From the NCBI RefSeq assembly GCF_009914755.1, contig NC_060935.1: a DNA stretch of 64,000 nucleotides; one strand, 5' to 3'. Below are positions 57,556 to 64,000 of the stretch, piece by piece. The notes beneath the pieces were generated by a model, which did no database searches, was not told where the DNA came from, and was given only the letters and a program-made list of their open reading frames with translations. The stretch is from the human T2T-CHM13v2.0 reference genome, Homo sapiens. Every line of letters starts with the position of its first letter. Position 1 is the first letter of the stretch. Both the position numbers and the translations under genes were made by a program.

Positions 57556-57731
57556 CACTGGTTCTCAAACTTGAGCATGCATCAGAGTCACCTGCAGGGC
57601 TTGTTAAACCACACATGGCCGGACCACATCCCCAGAGTTCAGTAGGTTTAGGGCGGGGCTCAATAATTTATATTTCTAAAAAATTCCCAGGTGATACTGA
57701 TGGTCTGGGAAACACACGTTGAGAACCACTG
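57556..57731. mobile_element. MER5A (hAT-Charlie MITE)
   Basis: TIRs CACTGGTTCTCAAAC / GTTTGAGAACCACTG with a perfect 8-bp TSD ATTTAAAG. Confidence 0.9.
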
Positions 57732-57751
57732 ATTTAAAGTATTGCCTGCCA

Positions 57752-58053
<302 letters not shown>

Positions 58054-58071
58054 GTATTGCCTGCATTCTTA

Positions 58072-58405
<334 letters not shown>

Positions 58406-58816
58406 TTATTATTTTTTGAAATGAGGTCTTGTTCTGTCACACAGGCTGGAGTGCAGTGGTGCATTCATAGCTCACTACAGCCTCAAACTCCTGTGCTCAA
58501 GTGATTTTCCCACCTCAGCCTCCTGAGTAGCTAGGACCATAGGCACGTTCTACAAAGCCCAGCTAATTTTTTATTTTGTAGAGATGGGGGCAGTGATCTT
58601 GCTGTGTTGCTCAGGCTGGTCTCGAACTCCTGGCCTCAGGCATTCCTCCTGCCTCAGCTTTCCGTAAATTATTTTATTTTATTTTATTTTATTTTATTTT
58701 AAGATGGGGTCTTGCTGTGTTGCTGGGGCTAGACTCAAGCTCCCAGGCTCAGGCAGTTTTCCTGCCTCAGCCTCCCAAGTAGCTGGGACTACAGGTGCAC
58801 ACCACCACACCCAGCT
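58406..58816 (-). mobile_element. AluJ (58406-58663) plus a FLAM-like monomer (58669-58816)
   Basis: Diverged Alu bodies with T-rich tails. Confidence 0.82.
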
Positions 58817-58817
58817 A

Positions 58818-59150
<333 letters not shown>

Positions 59151-59152
59151 AA

Positions 59153-60018
59153 GAATTCCTACAAATCAATAAGAAAAAGATTAAGGATCTCAGTAGAAAA
59201 ATAGTCCAAAGATATAAACAGGCAATGCACAGAAGAACATTAGTAATAAACCTTTGGGCATATTTTCATGCCCACACTCACTAGTAATCAGGAAACTCCC
59301 AACTAAATTGAGATACCACTTCATACCTATCAAATTGGCAAAAATTTTAAAGTCTCATAATACAAATATTGGTGAGGATGTGAAATAGTGGGAACTCTCA
59401 TAAACTGTGTGTGGGAGTGTAAATTGTTACAATTACTTTCAGACAATTTAGGCAAATTTTTAAAGTTCAAGAGCTACTCCTGGGAATAAGGAAACATGCA
59501 GTATTGTTTGTAATGGCCGCCATTGGAACAATCTGCACGTCCCTCTGCTGAAGGAAAGAATAAAGTGTGGCATATTCATACCATAGTTGTGGAATTCTTT
59601 CCAGCAGCTAAAATGAATAGCTATATATGCATCAATCCTGATGAATCTCAAAATATCAAAGTTACAGAATGACACAGAGTTTGAGAAAAAGCAAAACAAA
59701 GCTATATAATGTTTTAAGAACACAGACATTTGCATGAGTTAATTATAGTATAAAGACATGCAGAGGAATGCTAGACTCCCAAGTTTTAGTAAATCATGGT
59801 GATCCCCCCAGGAAGAAAGGTAGAGGATAGGATGAGGGAGGGGTGCACAGGTGGCTGAAATGGTATCTGTAATGCTGCATTTTACAAAGCTTTTAAAAAC
59901 TGAAGCAAAGATAGTAAGACGTTATGGTCTGATAAAATTGGCTAGTGGGGACACAAGTGTTTGTTATGTTATTCTCTGTAGTTTTCTGAGGTTCTAAACA
60001 TTTCCTTTAAATAAAAAA
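59153..60018 (+). mobile_element. Old L1ME-type 3' fragment
   Basis: tcctacaaatcaataagaaaaaga...gagataccacttcatacctatcaaattggcaaaaatt... Confidence 0.7.
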
Positions 60019-60492
60019 TGATGGGGGGATTAGGTAGAGAGCAATGAGAGCAAAAAGCATTTCAGGGAAAGTAAGCAGCATGGAAAAGAAGCTAGGCTCT
60101 CACCAATGATGGCCTGGAGGAACCAAGAGAAGCCAGTAGGTCTGGAATTTGAGGCATTTGAGGGCAGAGGGAGGGAAAGTGGGGCTTTACAGGCCATACA
60201 TTGGGTTTGGGTCTTTATTCTAAGGTCTGTGGACCAGTTCACCCCTAGCTCTCAGGCTTCTTGGGAAGTTCCAGAGTAATGACACCTTCAGGCTGTCTAC
60301 AGGGAAGCAGCAGCACCCAGGCCAAATCTTCCAGTCCTTCTGCGGGCAGCTGCTCTAACAAACACTCAGGCTGGGAGAAGGGAAAGGGGCAGCAGGAAGG
60401 CTTCATTACCACGAGACAGCACAGAGTCCACTCTTTCTTACCACAAGTGGCTGCAGGTGGTCTCGGAACTGTGACTAGCGTCAGAGAGGCCT

Positions 60493-63042
60493 GTATTTGA
60501 ATTATAGCTTTTTTGCTCCTAGTTTGTAACCTGAGTCAGGTTTCTTAATTCCTCTGAATGTCTGCGTTCTCCATAAAGATACTCACTGAACCGACCTCAT
60601 AGGATTAATACGAGCAGAAAATGAACTTATGGGTGTGTAGTGCTGACAGAGTAAGCCCTTGGTGAATATTCACTATTATTATCATCATCATCATATTGTT
60701 TCCCACACCCTCTGGATCAAGCGTCTTAGGCATTTCAGGGCAAGTAGGGTTTGGGATACCCTGGAGGTGCGGGCTGGAGCTAGGGCAGAGCAATGACCTG
60801 GACACCCCACGCCACTTCAAGGCCCTAGGCTAGAGGCAGCTTGTGCAGCACGAGTGTGCCTCCAACACAGTCCAGAAGAGGAGCAACCCTCAGGAAATGG
60901 CCCAGGACACCTTCATAGCGGCCTTTTTCCTCCCACCTGGAGAAGGTAACCAGACATCGTGTCATCGCTGCTTCTCTCATGGCCCTGACATTCAAACAAA
61001 AACCCTAGAGGTGCACTGTGAGCCCAAACAGACATGGGGACACCCTTCAGCCACCCCATGACTGCCACCTTGACCTGGGGACACCCTTCAGCCACCCCAT
61101 GACTGACACCTTGACCTGAGGACACCCTCCAGCCACCCCATGACTGACACCTTGACTTGCGGACACCCTTCAGCCACCCCATGACTGACACCTTGATTTG
61201 GGGACACCCTCCAGCCACCACATGACTGACACTAGTCATGTGACCTCCTCAAAGAAGTCCAGTCATGGAAAGTGGCTCTTCTTTCTGGCCGTGGCTGAGG
61301 GCTGGCTTCCCCCAAAAGTAAACTGGAAACTAGATCGCTGGCTTCTGCCTGAGACCTCTGCCTGGTGGATGCTGGCAGCACGCATTTCCTCTGGGCTCTA
61401 TTTTTATTTGCTCTTTTGGGCTCTCCCAGCACTTTAAACCAGATAGAATATACTTACTGATTACAGCCGGCGCTCATTCTGAGCACCTGTTAGACACTAG
61501 CATATATAACATCATCATGCTGACTCTCCACAAGAATCCTGGGAAACAGGAACTATGATTATATCCTCTTCACAGATGAGGAAACTGAGGCTCAGAGGGA
61601 AATTGTCACTTGGCCAGTGAGTAGTGGAACTAGGACTTAATCCTGGGGTCAACTAATCCAGAACTTCAGGAAAACCGGTGCAGCCCGTGCCACTAGACCA
61701 GGGAAACTGACCCTAATTAGGGGTGAATAGGAAGTTGGCAAGTCAGTAGGTTCAGGCTGGAAGCTGTTGCTTCCTTGGCACCCTTAGAACTCCCAGCCAG
61801 ACTGCCTATCCCAGCTGCTGGAAGTCAGCAGGGGAGGGAGAAAGTGGCCAGTCTCTCAGACCAGCCACGTGCTCTTTCTCCACTCCAGTTGCCTGTCCTA
61901 GGCTCCACCCCACACATGGTTCTGCTCAGCACAGCCTGAACCAAAGTGCCTCTACTTCTCCCCAAGAGTCCCTCTCTCTAGCCCGGAGGCATGGTCCGCA
62001 AGGGTCCCTCCATGATCCAATAGATTTGTGCAGACTCTCACTGGCAGCAGCTCCCTGTTGGCTCCACTTCAAAGCAGGGGCGGCCGGGCACCTCCAGGTG
62101 TCAGAAGCAGCTGGCACGTTAGCAGAAGGCCTCTGGCAGGAAGGGGTGTTGAGCCAACTGCCAGCAACTGGAAAACAGCACATGGGGATGACCTCGTCTC
62201 CAAGAAGATTCTTTCCCGAGCCCTCTGGGAGTGGCAATGAGCTTGAGTTCAGAAGGAAGGAGCTGTCTGTGGGGATAGAAGGGTTGCAGGCAAAGGCAAA
62301 GAGGCAAAGACAGACCAGGAGCTTCCTGCTTGCCTTTTCCCATAGTTCTGCTGAGATTCCAAAGCAAGATGCAGATGCCCACAGCCAGAAAGATCCCATA
62401 GGTGGGTTAAAGACACAGATGCCTAGAACTTTCATGGTCTCAGCATTCATTTGGAGACAGACAGCACAGCATATGATGTGATTAAAAGCACCTTTCAGTA
62501 AGTCTTCTGCAGCCATAGACCTCTGAACATCAAACTGTCCCCCCACTAGATTTAACACTAACAGGAGGAGCTGTTAGTTCTGTCCACCCTTGGGACAACA
62601 CTGTCAGAGCTGGAAGAAGCCCTTTGGGAAGTATGAGCCTTCAAACTTCTGCTTGAACATTTCTGGCAATACACATCTCATTCCTTTACAAATCAGCCAC
62701 AATCCTAGAACTAAGCAGCTTGAAAATGTCTCTAGAGCCAAACTCTAGATCCCCGTGGCATCTCCCCAAGAGGCAGTCCTTTGAGAGTTGGGTCTCAGCC
62801 TTCACTTCCTCCCTAGTCTTCACTTCTAAGCAAAAGATCTAAATGCAGCCATTTATCCAGTATCCTGGTTTTTAGACTGTCCATCAGCCTGACCCTCTTC
62901 TCCAGGACTCTAGTTTACTCCCCTTAAACGGACTGTCCAGACCTGAAGGTAGTAGTATTTGAATGACAGCTCTTTTGCTCCTAGCTTGTAACCTTCGCCA
63001 AGTTTCTTAATCCCTCTGAATGTCTGCATTCTCCATAAAGAT
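60493..63042 (+). repeat. 88-bp MIR-derived direct duplication (60493-60580 and 62955-63042)
   Basis: Ungapped alignment, 10 mismatches in 88. Confidence 0.88.
61035..61232. repeat. 41-bp minisatellite, about 4.8 copies
   Basis: Unit TGGGGACACCCTTCAGCCACCCCATGACTGACACCTTGACC starting at 61035, 61076, 61117, 61158 and 61199. Confidence 0.95.
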
Positions 63043-63119
63043 TGTAAGTATCTTTATGAGAGGGATTAAGAAACTGCTCCAGGTGCCACCTGGCCAGAGG
63101 AAAAGGGGACCGTGGCTTC

Positions 63120-63900
63120 TCTCACTCATTTGTTCATGCATTTCTTCATTCAACAGACGTTGACTGAGTGCCTACTATGTGCCAGACACCATACCAGAGT
63201 CAAGCCACAAGCAGGGAGACAGAGGTGTCACTTGGTAGATCTTATGTTCCCAGGACAAAGACAACAGTGTGAGGAGGTTTCCGAGAACTGCAGAAGCCAG
63301 TAGCAGGGGGGCCTATTCTAGGCTGGGTTAGAAAAGGTGCTTTCCTCTTTCATCTTCCCCAAGAGATGCTGTGGAGGCTTCAGCCTGAAGAATATGGAGA
63401 TATCCGGTAGGTGAGGAGGAGGCATGGAGGGCAGGGAGCATCATGGGTAGAAGGGACAGGGAGCATTATGGCTAGAGGGACAGACTTGTCTGGAGGGCAT
63501 GAGTAAGGACAGCTTCAGGGAGGATGGAAGGACTAGTGTGGCCAGAATGCAGTGGGGGAGTCGAGGGAGGCAGGGGGCAGATGGAGCGGGCTCACAGGCC
63601 AGATCCAAATGGGGGAACGTGTCCTAAGGGCAATGGGAAGACTGTGAAGGTTTTTTTTTTTTTTTTTTTTGACATGGAGTCTTGCTCTGTCATCCAGGCT
63701 GGAGTGCAGTGGCACAAGCTTGGCTCACTGACATGGCCACCTCCCAGGTTCAAGCGATTCTCCAGCCTCAGCCTCTTGAGTAGCTGGGATTACAGGCATG
63801 AGCCACTGTGCCCGGCCTCTGTGAAGGGTTTCCAACACAATGGTAAAATGGTCACATTCACATTTTAGGAAAATCTTTCTGCCCACAGGATGGATACTCA
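63120..63900. mobile_element. L2 fragment containing an Alu
   Basis: cattcaacagacgttgactgagtgcctactatgtgccagacac. Confidence 0.6.
63651..63817 (-). mobile_element. Monomer-length Alu (FRAM-like or arm-to-arm recombinant)
   Basis: Right-arm sequence joins directly to gattacaggcatgagccactgtgcccggcc; approximate TSD ctgtgaagg. Confidence 0.82.
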
Positions 63901-63910
63901 ATTAGAAGAA

Positions 63911-64000
63911 GGCTCACGCCTGTAATCCCAACACTTTGGGAGGCCTAGGTGGGCAGCTCATGAGGTCAAGAGATCAAGACCATCCTGGCCAACATGGTGA
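63911..64000 (+). mobile_element. Alu (Sc-like), runs off the end of the window
   Basis: ggctcacgcctgtaatccc...gaccatcctggccaacatggtga. Confidence 0.88.

Noticed and set aside
61035-61232. CRISPR-like array
   Set aside because: Contiguous tandem units with no unique spacers, in human DNA; it is a minisatellite
61926-62558. Overlapping 210-aa (-) and 151-aa (+) ORFs in unique sequence
   Set aside because: No recognisable domain or convincing splice structure; both start at non-ATG codons; ORFs of this length can arise by chance in GC-richer DNA

Overview
Human genomic DNA: Alu-dense, with a human-specific SVA_F-type insertion. The window lies inside one + strand gene that I recognise as CSTPP1 (C11orf49, 11p11.2) from a single 85-bp internal coding exon at 50417-50501, encoding (D)LLTMKEYHCLLQLLCPDFPLELTQKAA(R). 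The rest is intron. It holds about 50 Alu copies or fragments, a 5'-truncated sense SVA (9900-11108) and a full-length but dead antisense L1PA6-like element (about 25607-32368) carrying two Alus. It also holds MaLR LTRs (THE1D, MLT1), DNA-transposon relics (MER33, MER5A, MADE1), MIR/L2/L3 fragments and a 41-bp minisatellite. Almost all ORF-track entries are Alu/SVA/L1 artefacts or chance ORFs. I see no new multi-gene system. The most interesting signals are possible ways the repeats rewire CSTPP1: a good splice acceptor just upstream of the sense SVA, a candidate poison exon upstream of the coding exon, and L1 antisense-promoter donors pointing at an in-frame ATG. Also notable are a miR-548-like MADE1 hairpin, two local duplications (one with a fold-back) and a deeply nested TE stack. 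Subfamily calls and old-repeat boundaries were made by eye and are approximate.
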